The notes beneath the pieces were generated by a model that was given only the letters and a program-made list of their open reading frames with translations, did not search any database and had not been told where the DNA came from. The translations under genes and the position numbers were made by a program. 64,000 nt of DNA from Psilocybe cubensis (taxonomy: Eukaryota): contig CM039001.1 in the NCBI GenBank assembly GCA_017499595.2, positions 434,001 through 498,000 of the forward strand, in the 5' to 3' direction. Below, one piece after another: positions 37,546 to 50,477 of this stretch (position 1 is the stretch's first letter; each line of letters begins with the position of its first letter).

Positions 37546-38594
37546 CTGTGCCTATCGCAAACTGTGGATAGTGTGGCGACGCAAAAAAATGTGGGTATGA
37601 CTCGATTGTGCGGTTGCCTTTGAGCACTTCTAGTGACTGCGGACACCTGCTACGAAGCTGAAGGCAGACTGCGCACCCCAATGTTTTCAACTGTCAGCTC
37701 CAGGTGAGTCTGTGATGAGAGGAAGGTTCGATGTTGCTGGGAAACGTATTTGGGTTGGCCGACGACTTACGTCGTGTAAGCGTGTGGCGATGCTGTACCG
37801 CCCTGAACGGAAACGCCGAACGGCGCTCAGCGGCGCTCATGTGATGCTGATAAGATTAAGACTCAGAGCGATGTCTGTTCTAGACACCAAGCATCGCGTG
37901 GGCGTATACTGCCCTGTTTATGAGGTAAAAAAGTACTAGTATCCTTGAGCATTGCAAATAGTTGCTATTAGAAAAATAGGATAGAGTCCAGATTTCAGAA
38001 TAGGCTCATTCTGTTTTGTGTAGATCACTAAGTACCGTAATCATATCAAGACTTTGCTCGACTTACTGCGGAGTGCTGTGCCGCATATTACCTTTGCCAG
38101 TGCCTGAGAATCCACCTGTACTCCATATAAAGAGAACTGAGAGTGTGAAATTTGTGATAGATAGTCCAATTTTCTTTTATTGATGGACGTCGGATGCAAA
38201 GGGAAGCTTGAATGAAGCAAAAATTTCCAAATGTGACCATTGGACCATTGACAAAATATGGCACGTGCTTGTCAACGCGACCCGACGCGATCAATATAGG
38301 TGAGGCGTGTCCTGGCGCGTCGCGTCGCGTCGCTACAAAGAGAAGGAGAGGAGGCACCACTGGAGAGAGAATACCAAACTTTGCTAAATTTCTTTCCATT
38401 CAAGTAAGTTGTTCAATTTTCTAATAATTTGTGGCGTATTTGACATGTTGTACATATCTAGAGTGGGTACGAAGTTAATGGTGTAGTTTAGGATGACTTT
38501 TGATACAGATCTAGAGTGGTTAGAATGGCTGTAGTACAGGTGACGAAGATATAAAGCTACACGGTATACATTTTTGAACATGGGCTCCGCTACT

Positions 38595-40285
38595 TCACTT
38601 TGCTTCTTCGGTCTCTGGATTCTCAATAGGATGAGATTCGTAATGGCCATCCTCAAAGTCCCTTACAAGACTTGCCCACCGACTGGGATTCGATGCTACA
38701 TGCTCTTCGTTTACGATGGACACAACATGGGGCCGAGGAGGGGCAAATTGGATTACAGAGACTCGCGACCTGTTAGAATCCTTGGTAGCGCTCCGTAGTT
38801 CCAAGATCAAGCGTGATATCATAGCAGATGATAGGATCAATGTATAGTCGTTGAATATCGTGCTGTATGCACCCTATATGAAAGAAGGTATCCTTAGTAT
38901 GATATTTGTGCACAGTGGAATTGTGTATCCAAACCTGAGGGAGCTAGGAAATTGATGTGAGAACTAATGATAGGGGTTTCACTTTGACTGAGTGGTTGCT
39001 CACGTAAAAAGTAATCAAGGCCGCTGTTTGAAGCCCAGTGATGATTCTGTATGGCATTGAGAATCTGATGCTCAATATGCTCGGATCAACTGCTTACATG
39101 AAATACAGAGTTCCTTGAACGGGGTTTCAGTGTCTGCAAGTGTCGCTAGGGAGACGAACAGGATACTAACCGTTTCTTACCACAATCATAGCAAGTTTTG
39201 AATGACTCCCCAGTCTTTTCAGTCCCAACAATCTGACATTAGAAACTAGCTTGTATAGAATCAATGCAGTGGCGGTGACTTCAAATACAATCAGGGAGAT
39301 AAAAGTTGATGCAAACGCTGATTTAAACAATGAGCATAACCCGAGCGTTTCTGATTAAATATATTTACCCCTGAAAAACATATCAGAAAGTGAGTGCATA
39401 AAAATGAGTTAAGAAAAAATATCATACGGAGGATATGCTGATTGAGAACATGAAAGTTCTTGAATTTGTTCCTATAGATACCTCCGTTCTGCAAAGTCAC
39501 TTCGACGATAGGAACCGTGCTCACGATTATGAATGCAGTACAGACAAGGCCAATCACGATTAGTATCCCTGTGTTAAGCATCGCTTTGTCCGTAACGGCA
39601 TAGACACGCAAGATGAAGGATACTTGAAATTCAAAAACCCATTATTAGCGCATTATACTTTGAAAGGGAGGTTTAGACAACGCACTGATAACCGCCTCTC
39701 TGGCCAGCAGCAAAGATATCACTGAGGTCACCTTTATCCATGTATCACAACTATGCATGGCGTCAACTTGAGTCTCTGCAAAAGCAGTGCTTCAAGAGCG
39801 TTAAAATCTTACTAGATGTCAGCGGCAACCATGTGCCCGATATTTAGAAAACAGTGAGAAAAAGAAGATTGTAAGAACCCACCTGGTCTATCTGGCTTGG
39901 GTCGGAGAACAGGAAAAATATTTGCCTCGCAATTACTGGATATCGCGCAGCGTAGTAAATAAGGCTAGATGGGCGAAACTTTTCCTTCCAGATGTATTCC
40001 TTCTCGCGATCAAGGTTTATTATGGTGTCATAGGCCCAAAGTGCTGTTAGAGGAGAACCGAAAACGCGTTTAATATCATGAGTAGGAAAAAGCATTTGTT
40101 CAGTCAATCGCTTACTGATTCGGGAACACGTTCCATACATATCTATCTGTCTTGAGAAGAGTAAACCTGTAGTCAGATTGTCATTCTTTCAGTCATTCCA
40201 TATGCAAAACATACGCATGTCGTTGTTCGTGAAGCCTTGCCCAGTCAGATGCTACTGGTATCAAGGATGGTAAAGTGGTAGCCAT
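38595..40285 (-). CDS. DUF6533-like multi-pass membrane protein, paralog A
   Basis: ALWAYDTIINLDREKEYIWKEKFRPSSLIYYAARYP; LRVYAV; several hydrophobic exons; ILSSAMISRLILELRS; many short introns. Ends approximate. Confidence 0.75.
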
Positions 40286-42093
40286 CTTGGCAAGAGGCAG
40301 GTGGATGGTGAGGAGGGTGGGAGGTCGTTGGTTGACAGGATCAATGGCGGCGTGCTATTTAACATAAAACGATCGAATGACATGCATAGAAATAGAACGA
40401 AAATAGATTTTTGATGAGTGTATCATTTTCAGTCATCTGATGAGGATCAAATCCAAGCGTGGCTGCAGTAGTGTCGAGCTGATGGTGTAAAGGCTCCCTT
40501 CAAGGCAGAAGAATCTGTAACAGTGGTCGGAGCAATACTATACGACACAGCCAATATCGATTTAGGTGTATCAGATAACAGAAAAGATGTCGACATGAAT
40601 GTAAAAACGCCGCCTTGTTTAATAACAGGCTCCAAAGAGGCGAATGATATAATTGTAACTGCTGATATTATTTGATCAGGTTTGAAAGCTTGATCTACGG
40701 ACCTGGGCATTGACAATGGAAATCTATTTCTATTCGACGGAGGCCGGTTAGAACAGTAGTCAACAGGTCGAAGCGTATGCATTTAACGGATTTCTTACTT
40801 TATTGCTGTCCGAAATGCTCGAAAGTAAACGACAACGAAACTCGCGACTCTGGAATAAGGCCTTGTTTTTTCTGATTCCCACCCGAATGATGGCTGACAC
40901 GCTGTCTACCTCTCTTCAGATGAGAACTATGTTCAATGACTCAAAAATGGAAAGCTACCTTATATGGGATCCAATTGCCCACATTGAGTCGCATTTGGTG
41001 TCCAGGAGCTGAGAAGTTATGTGTAGCAAATCTGGGTCGGGCGTCGTGATTAGAAGGAGATCGCGCATATGTTGCGCAACACGTGTATCTGTCAAGGCTG
41101 ATGCGAAGAGAGAATCCATACCTGTGGAATGACGAAGTCAAAAACGAATGTCATGGCAAGGAACACAGTGGAAGACATGAATCAACCCAACAGAGTGGAC
41201 CGGTATACAAAAAGTATGATCCCAAAGTTTTATCTCTTGAGATGGTGGCGTTTGCATTCCCACAAGTATCAGGAATTTATGAAGTGTCTCCTATTGCTGC
41301 AGTATCGAACAGAGCAACCTTCAGTGAACGTTGGATGTGTCAAAAGTAACGGCCTAGTCGGCAATGAGGAATGAGATGCCAATTGGTGTTTGGTAGTAAT
41401 GCGCGAGGTGGTGCATAGTTTCAGCCGATATAATTACAGCCCCAGAAATATTTAGCCACGTATGCGTTGGATATCATCTGTAGGAGGTTCCGCAGTTGCC
41501 CAGAGCCCAAAGGCACGGACAGCTGGTTTGATATCACCAAGAAACAGAACAATGGATAGAGATTTCAGCAATTAACGAATAGCCAAAATTGAAGACAACA
41601 TTGCAGGCTGTGTTACATTAATGATACCTGAATGATACCAGCGAGTACAAAGTAAGAAAGAAAGGAAGCTCCGCTTCGTAGAAGCGTAGAATTAAAATAG
41701 CATTGTGAGAAAATTGATAAAACGTGACCTTCAATTTAGAATTTGATGTCACGTGCTCGTATTTTGACGCGTCCCGATCTTAACTTAGGAGGTGTGGGTG
41801 CATTAGGGCAGTTGGTTAAGCTTGGTCGAGGTTTTGTGTGTGTGTATGCCTTCACTATGAACTCCGAGTCAATACCTATAACAGCACTCCGAGTTGTGTA
41901 AATGCGATCCCTTCTAGGCTTATATAAGTAGTTATAAGCCATCCAAGATATCACGCACATAGGCTATAGACTGGCATTGGAGAACAGGAGAACTTGAATA
42001 GATGGTGAGAAAACACTTCAACGCTTAACCTGAGCCAACCATGAAGCATATACTTCCGTAGAGAACCGCTAAAATGGACAGATATCGTCAAGT

Positions 42094-43878
42094 TTATTTT
42101 GATTCGACTCCTATACTGGATTCTACTCGTGGTATTGCCCTATGAATCAAGCTCTCTGCGTGTAAAGGCCGAGGATCTCTTTGATCAGATTGTTTTAGAC
42201 TCCTGGATAAATTTGGAAATGCGTTCACATCTTCAAAATCTTTGACAAGGCTCGTCCAGCGGCTTGTTGTCGACCCGCTTAATTGCCCGTTAGAAACAGC
42301 GTTACTGGGTGAGGCCGAGAAATGTAATGAGGAGCTGTGTGTATGACCCGTCGCCCTACTTGCTTCTGCAGAGAGGCTTCTCAACTCCAAAATAAATCGC
42401 GATATCAGAGTAGATGAGACGATCAAAGTATAATCGTTAAGGATCGTGCTGTAGAGTCCCTATCATTCAATGTCATTATGGTCGATGCTAAAGCGGAGGT
42501 CAAATTGATACAAGCCTGTGGGAGCTGTATAATTGAAATACGTCAATTCACGTCACAGTGGAAAGATTTCTGACTTACATAGTACAGAATGACCGCCCCG
42601 GATTGGATTCCAGTGATTATTCTAAGCGATATCAGAATCTGTCAGGTTGGAGGGTGCCACAAAGTGTCTCACTCACACGAAATATAGAGTGCCTTAAAAG
42701 ATTTCTATTGTTGAACAACAGATGATAGAGGTATCATTTTTCCTGGAAGACGTACCATTCCGTATGATCATTGAAACCAGACTTTCACTCCCCAGACTCT
42801 TCAACCCCTGCAATCGAACGACTGCTATCAGTTTCCACAATATCAGCGAAGTCGCGACGACGTCGAAGACAATTAGAGATATGAAGGTCATGACGAATGC
42901 TGGAACAAGCGTCAAAATATGAATCAAAACCGGTCCCGGAGCCTGAATCTCATTGGCTTTATTTACCTCTGCAAAATTAATTCAGAGGTCGCCGGATGAT
43001 TATCAGATTGAGAAATGGGACTTACAGAGGGTTCGCAGACTGCGTGCAAGAAAGCTGCTTGATTTGCACCTGTTGCTGATGTCACTGGATAGGTTGGATT
43101 TAGAAATGAATTATGCTTACTATGTCCAGAGCAGTGGATAAAACACCAAGTACAATTAGAATCCCAATGAAGAACACCGCTCCGTTTGTGACAGCGTGAA
43201 CGCGCAGGATAAACGATACTTGCATTGATATCAGCCCAAGTTTGAATGTCAAGCGCAGCAGCTAAGAAGAGCTCACCTACTATGGCTATCCTCGGTATCA
43301 GAAACGACACTGTCGATGTGAACTTTAACCATGCATCGCAGCTACCCTCCAGTCAATTTTTAATACTCCCGACAGGTATTATTCAGGTCTCACTACAGAA
43401 ATAACACGAACCTTCGGGTGAGAATCGAGGGTAGGATGACAATAGGTGATTACACCCACCTGGTTTATCTGAGTCCGACTGGAGAACAGAAAGAATATTT
43501 GCCTCGCAATTACTGGGTATCGAGCAGCGTAGTAGAGCAGACTGGACAGGCGCAGCCCTTCCTTCCAAATGTACTGTTGTTCACGGTCGAGGTTTATAAT
43601 TATGTCGTATGCCCACAGTGCTAAGTATGACACCAATCGAACAGAACATGGATGTTATATCACCACTCAACTCATGGGTTTAAGTAGTGGAAGATTATGC
43701 TTACTGATACGAGAGCATGTTGCGTATGTGTCGATCTGGCTTGAACGGTCAGGGCAACAATGTCAAATGTCGCAGCAGCTATATTGTGCGTCGGAAAAAG
43801 AACTTACTTCTTCCTTTGGGCGTGCAATGTAGTGGCTGCACGCGCTGCCAGACCCAAGGCGGTCTGAATGGACGGCAT
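42094..43878 (-). CDS. DUF6533-like multi-pass membrane protein, paralog B
   Basis: ALWAYDIIINLDREQQYIWKEGLRLSSLLYYAARYP; SLIVFDVVATSLILWKL; LVSMIIRNG; IVSSTLISRFILELRS. Ends approximate. Confidence 0.75.
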
Positions 43879-44714
43879 GTTAGAGAAGATATCGCTGAGC
43901 TCGAGGAGAACGTAGAGGTAGCGAAGACGCAGGAAGAGGAAAAGGAGAAAGTAGGAATCCACACATGTCACATTGTACCCGCATGTACTCAGTATTTAGC
44001 AGAGGAAATTCCATGGGCTTACAAGGGATTTAGAAATAGATAGCACTCGTGTGTGCGGATATGTATTTGGGCGATGTTAGGTTGTCGTAATTCGGAAATT
44101 GATGTAGAGCAAGTAGAGGATGTACACCAAGCATGTTTTGAATAAGCCGAATTCCTGTCCTACTTCGTGATACCACGTGAACTGAAATGTGGGGAAACAC
44201 GATGCCACCAATTGCTTCTGAACCATTCGGCCATTCTGATTTCGTTTTCCGCTAAATAGTACTTGGAAGAGGATTGAAAAGCTGCTGGATAAGTCATCTT
44301 CAAATGATTTGTCTGTACCCAGAAGAGCTTAGCAACCGCCTGTAGCCAGAGCCGAGTGTAAAAAATACAACCTTAGCTCCACTTGTTCTTCCCTTGAGAC
44401 CTCTCTATGTGAGCGCTAAATTTAGCAGTATTGTATCCGAGTAACTGCATGGTTTGATGCTACATACATACTGTAGTTTCAAGCTAAACATCGGTGACCA
44501 GAAACTTGCGCAAATTTGATATGAAATAGACAGTGCACATTCATTAGGCGCGACAAGCATAAACCTTGAACGTTTGAACACGCGGTTCCAGAGTGGCATC
44601 GGGTTTGAACAGACACGGAAAATAGAGTTTCCAGATGATGGGATTGAATCGACCACAAAGGAAAAAGAGGATTCCACGAACTATGTATGTCGTCACTTCG
44701 ATCGTGAGCAATAA

Positions 44715-46300
44715 TCACCCAATCCGTGCTTTCTTTCTGCTCGAATTACCACCGGACGGCTGATTTCCTCCGTACGGGCCTCCACCACTCAAGCTCGCAA
44801 AACTGGCAGTACTCCCAGGTTTGGAGTGTGACTGTACAAATGGTCCACCGACCATGTGGCCATGTCCTTGGTGTGAAGTGTTCTGAGGCACAGGTACCAT
44901 CGATGGCGCGTCGTCCTGTGTGATTCTTCGTTGAGGAGGTATTTGGTGTGCAGCAACGGTTTGGAACGCGCTAGAGGAAAGATATATAAACAACCCACGC
45001 CATAACAGAAAGAATAGGAATTATGAGATACGCACTTCCAAGTTGGTTTGGGTTCTTCTTGGAACCATTTATGGTGTAGAGCGTCTTTGGCTGTGAGTCT
45101 GGCTTCGGGATCGTAAATGAAGAGTTGACGTAGAAGGTCGTAACCATTAGAATTGCGCAATCTAGAGTTAAACCAATCATATAGACGGTTCGAAAAACTA
45201 AGAAGTGTTCAGTAGTGCATTAACATGTGCCTTCTAAAATTAACATACTGATCAAGACGCTTCATACTTTGATATTCTGGCATATCTACAACACCAGGCC
45301 AATCCTTTTCTAAATGTTTGATCGGTAAATTACCATGCTTAAATTTCATCAAATTAATGACTAACCTTCGGGGGTGCCGATTACTTCAAAAATTTTGATT
45401 AGTTGGTCACGCTGAAATGGAACGTTCTTCTTGGAATCCAATTTCGCTTCTTCTCCCTTGAAGATAGGACGCAAGCTGATCAGTTCAGCCATAACACACC
45501 CGACTGCCCAGCAATCGACGGCCTTGGTATAATGTTTAGCTCCCATAAGAAGTTCAGGAGCACGGTACCAAATTGTTACGACGACTTTGTCTCCAGCAAA
45601 AAGCGGCTGAAGAGGTTCGTAGATGAGTCGTGCAAGGCCCAGGTCACCTATTTTGATGACCCCTCCAGCTGTGATCAGAATATTGGCCGGTTTCAGATCA
45701 CGGTGAAGGATGTGACAGGAGTGCAAGTAAATCAAGCCGTTTATGAGCTGATAGACCATAGACTTCAGAACGCCCTGACTGATAGGTGCCCGTAAAGTCT
45801 GAGAATGATGGTGGATTACTTGCTAAATAAATGTTGTGTAATTAAAATACAAAAGGAAATGTCATGATAGCAAAACGCACGAGGAAATCGTGTTCAGCAT
45901 ATTCAAACACCATAAAAATCGATTTGTCTTCCAGAATGACTTCCTTGAGTGCAACTATGTTCTCATGGTTTATCTCCCTGTTCAACTTTGCATCATCTTA
46001 GTTATGAGGACAAGCCAAACGGTGATATACACGCACTGCAATCTCACGAATCGCACTCTGGCTTATTCCAGTGTATGTCACGACATCGCCTTCTTTGTCT
46101 GGTTTGAACTTTTTGATTGCATGGATCGTTCCATCGTCCTCCAAGCTTTGGGCCTTGTACACACGACCATAGGTACCAGAAGAAATAAAACCGAGGATGT
46201 TGTACTTGGAGGATACCGAACGGTGGTTTTGGTCTCTCTTGGATCGGTAAAGCTGCATAGGGTCATGTTGGAGAATGCTTGTAGCCCATTCGTCCAGCAT
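44715..46300 (-). CDS. SSN3: Cyclin-dependent kinase 8 (Mediator kinase Ssn3/Srb10)
   Basis: [25 protein letters not shown]...GISQSAIRE (CDK8-type cyclin-binding helix), [43 protein letters not shown]...PFQRDQL. Confidence 0.96.
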
Positions 46301-46556
46301 GACTGAGATTGTGGGTCAAGACAGAGGAGACCGAGTACATGGCGGTCACTGTTGCGCTCAACAGTCGACATCACAGAACCCTTGATTAGACTTGAGCTTG
46401 CCCTAAAGTCGGCCACCGGGATTCCGGGGCGGGTTAACGATCGAAATACTTACACGTGATCACTACGCACAGACTTTCGTCGAGGAGGAACGGCTGGTTA
46501 CACCCCCACCTTTTCCTCGCTGACCTCGACAACGGAGGCCCCGTTCTCATTTCCCA

Positions 46557-48763
46557 ATGTCGAAACGAAAAGTGGCCTACTATTACGACTGTGCGTGTAT
46601 AATTACACGAAAAACTTTACGTCACGGCTGACGGATTCGCAGCGGACGTGGGGGCATACACTTATGGTCTGGGTCATCCGATGAAGCCACACCGGATACG
46701 CATAACACACGATTTAGTCACCGCGTACGGGATGCTTGACAAAATGCATATTTTGGTACGTTTTTCTATGTACATGTACACCCCAGGTGTTCAATAACCA
46801 CCTTCGACATAATGTAGAAACCCAAGCGCGCAACACCCGAAGTCATGAGCTCATTTCATACGGACGAATACGTAAACTTTCTACACAAAGTCACCCCCGA
46901 GACTGCTGAGAAAATGACCTATCATGGGACGCGATGTACGTCTCCTTACCATAATTTACATTCCTCGTACAACCGCTTGTTTCATCTCCCTCTTCCGTTC
47001 CGCCGCTGTTGACCATTTCCACAATTCCTACTAATACTTATTATTAATCTTTCAATTCCTCTCTTAGTTCTCGTTGGTGAAGATAATCCTGCATTTGAAG
47101 GGGTGTTTGAATTTTGCTCGATTTCGGCGGGAGGCTCTATTGGTACGTGACGATGAACTTATAAGCCATAGTTACGGTTTTTAATTTAATACCATCAGGT
47201 GCTGCACAACGAATAACTTCAGGAGCAGCAGACATCGCGATTAACTGGGCTGGAGGACTGCATCACGCTAAAAAACGGGAGGCATCTGGATTTTGCTATA
47301 TCAACGATATCGTCCTTGGAACACTGGAACTTCTCAGAACATACCCACGAGTTTTGTACATCGATATCGACTGCCATCATGGAGACGGAGTAGAAGAAGC
47401 TTTTTACACGACGGACCGTGTTATGACATGTAGTTTTCACAAATTTGGAGAATACTTTCCTGGGACGGGAAGTCAGGACGACAGAGGGCGCGGGAAGGGG
47501 AAAGGATACGCGGTAAATGTACCATTCAAAGATGGCATAACGGATGAATCTTTCAAAAGCGTTTTTGAACCGGTGAGATTTTCCAACACTGTGCTTTTTT
47601 TGAGTATGGGCCCACTGACTGATTCCCATCAAGGTCATTACACGAGTACTCGAAGTCTTTCGCCCGTCCGCTGTGGTGCTGCAGTGTGGATCAGATTCAT
47701 TAGCTGGGGACAAACTGGGCTGCTTCAATCTCACTATGAAGGGGCATGCAAACTGTGTCCAATTCCTACGAAAACAAAACATTCCCTTGATTTTGCTCGG
47801 CGGTGGGGGTTATACTGTCAAAAATGTTGCCCGAACATGGACATATGAAACAGCATGTGCACTCGGAATCGAAAATGAGATTGACCCTAACTTGCCATGG
47901 AACCAATATTTCGAGTGGTTCGGTCCTCGCTATCGATTGGAGGTGCCTGAGAATAATATGGAGGATCTTAATGTGAAGGAAGGCACGCTCGATTCTGTTC
48001 GGTATGTCCAAGCCTCATCCTTTTCATTCAATATTCCATTAATTTGTACGTCTAAACTTCAGGGAAGCCGTATTGGAACAGTTGCAGCAGCTACAATGTG
48101 CACCCTCGGTACAAATGCAAGACGTTCCGCGCGAGAGTGTTAGACAACATCTAGGCTTTGGGAGAGATGATGAGGCTGGGCGAGATGAGTTGGACGAAAA
48201 ACTTGCCCGTACGCGCCTATATTCATTTTCAACATTCCAAAGACGCCTTTAACGTTTATTTCCTTATAGAACATGCTCGTTATCTATATAACCTCCAGGA
48301 AACCGATACAACGACGGACGAATCCGAAGAATCTGATTTCTGGGACTCGGATGAATCCTCTACGAGCGCCAACTGGCGAAATGGCTCTCGTCGGTCGGGT
48401 TCCGTTTCTCGCGTCAACGGTCGGCATTCAAGTCTACAACCCCAATACAGGGCCGACGCTGAAAAGAGGCGTATGAGTTTACTGACTGGGAAATATTACG
48501 ACATACCGACACATGAGGATGAGTACGCGCATTACGAGTGTGGCTCTGCGCCGAACAAGTCGACGAAACGGAGGTTCTTCAGTGGGCCAGCGGGCGGAGG
48601 CTGGGATGATTTCGGGGGAGTCGATTCTCGCGTCAACGCACGCAGTAGGATGGCCAATGGTTTCCGAAACGGATTTCTTCTCACTACGCCCTTCATGGAC
48701 ACTAGACATGGTGAAGACGGCGAAGACGATGATAATTACGAAGAAATGCTGGTAGACCCTTGA
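46557..48763 (+). CDS. RPD3: Class I histone deacetylase (Rpd3/Clr6-type)
   Basis: [88 protein letters not shown]; catalytic and Zn-binding residues intact. Confidence 0.95.
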
Positions 48764-49789
48764 TGGCACTTAATTTTGGACTATGGATTCTTGCTTGTCA
48801 TTCGTAAGTTCACTTGATATTTACCTTATTCCTCAGTGCTCTACTAGGCACTGCTTATATGGGCATGTAGTTTGTTGTTGTATTTTTAATTCTATGTATC
48901 TTGGTAGAAATGGATTGTACGCCTATAAAAATCGACGGGGCATCTAACGATGAAGCAAGCCAAAATCCTAGGCAATAAGCAAGGTAGTCGGGATTGCCAT
49001 CTGAAGCAAGCTGAAAATGATGGTTTCTTTGTGCTCCGAAATCCTCAGGCCTCAGGCCTCAGCATTTACCGTCAACTCGAATTCTTGAAGCTAAATCTCA
49101 TGTTAAAATCAAGCGCCTTCTTGGAAGAGATGACGTATTGATGAGTTGCTTATCACAAGACTATTGATGTCGGAAATCAAATGCACTGATGGAAATTCAA
49201 TTTTGCCTCTATCCAACTTGATCTTGGAAGTCCAGGTTTCTTGCACACGTTCATAACGGAAGCGTTGGAAAGGTACGAATTTTCACTTCATTTGCGCTCT
49301 CATACACCCTCTAACTGTAGTCTTAATATTCGACTCGCTGAAGACACCTATGAACATTAATGATTACCTGTAAAGTTGCATCTCGACGTTGTAATGCAAC
49401 ATGGAATTGCCTGGAAAGCGTCTGGCCTGACCGCAAATGCTTTAACATGTTAGTTATGTTCTTATCTCGGCGTATTCCATAGGCAGATAAGATTGAGGTC
49501 GTTGGAAATGACTGGATGATGACTATCAACGTATAGACCTATCGCTGACCATTGTTCAAACTCAACACCTAGTCGCCGACTCGCCGTTATCGCGGACACA
49601 GTATCTGCACTCTTGGCATGCAATGGGGAAGCTCTGTGATGTTCTTTCAACCTCCCAAGATACACCATAATCATATCCATGCGCCAACGAGTTTGAAAAA
49701 CCATGAAAATAGCCGTCTGCTGTGATTGTGTAGCGCCGAAATTTGACGCATATTATACCGTTCGTGTCACTTCCTGCAATATTTCGAGG

Positions 49790-50242
49790 TAAGGCTCCAA
49801 CCGTTTAGTTTCCGTTTAAATTTTATTACAAACTAAACGGAAACGGTAATAAACAGTTTACAAACGTTTATAAACGTTTGTAAACAGTAAGCTCGAGGGT
49901 GGCTACAAGGGCAGGCGTTCAACAGCGTTCAACGCATCATTTGTCCTAATGCGGCCGATTTGCCAAGGAAGATAATAGTCGGCACCTAATTGGTACAAAA
50001 ATGGGACCAAAAAAAGAGTGCAAATGAGTTAGTTTGGTGTAAAGAATAAAAGATGAATCATTTGATGTAATACGCACCCAATATTGTCCAAAAAAGAGAT
50101 ATACTTTAGCACAAAAATCTGTTACCGTTTGAACCGTTTATAAACGTTTGTAAACTGTTTAGCAAGGCTCATAAACTAAACGAAACGGTAAATGGTATAT
50201 ACCGTTTACAAACGATAAACAAACGAAACGGTTGGAGCCTTA
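49790..50242. mobile_element. Non-autonomous hAT-type MITE, 453 bp
   Basis: Perfect 17-bp TIRs TAAGGCTCCAACCGTTT (49790-49806) / AAACGGTTGGAGCCTTA (50226-50242); 8-bp direct repeat TTTCGAGG on both flanks (49782-49789, 50243-50250); subterminal AAACG/CGTTT and GTTTATAAAC/GTTTACAAAC arrays; AT-rich, no ORF. Confidence 0.93.
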
Positions 50243-50477
50243 TTTCGAGGCCTATCTGAAATTTAATGGCTTTCAATCAAAGCCGCAAGCCTGCATTGTT
50301 TATCAAACGGTATCATATCTCCTATTATCTTTCGTTTGACAATCTCGGCTCTGGGTCGACGTCCTTTAAATATGACACTGGAAATTGTGCGGACAGTGGC
50401 GACAGTATCCATCCCTTCGCTGCAGTAATCACTACACTCCAGGGGGAAGCCAGCCTCCTCTCTTCTAACCCTTCTCC

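Noticed and set aside
44715..46300. Idea that the cyclin-like ORFs are the cyclin C partner of the nearby CDK8
   Set aside because: They resemble Pcl/Pho80-type rather than cyclin C sequences, and their positions track the FunK1 genes, not CDK8.
49800..50225. Recurring GTTT...AAAC words resembling a CRISPR-like array
   Set aside because: Eukaryotic context and no regular repeat-spacer period; explained as MITE subterminal repeats.
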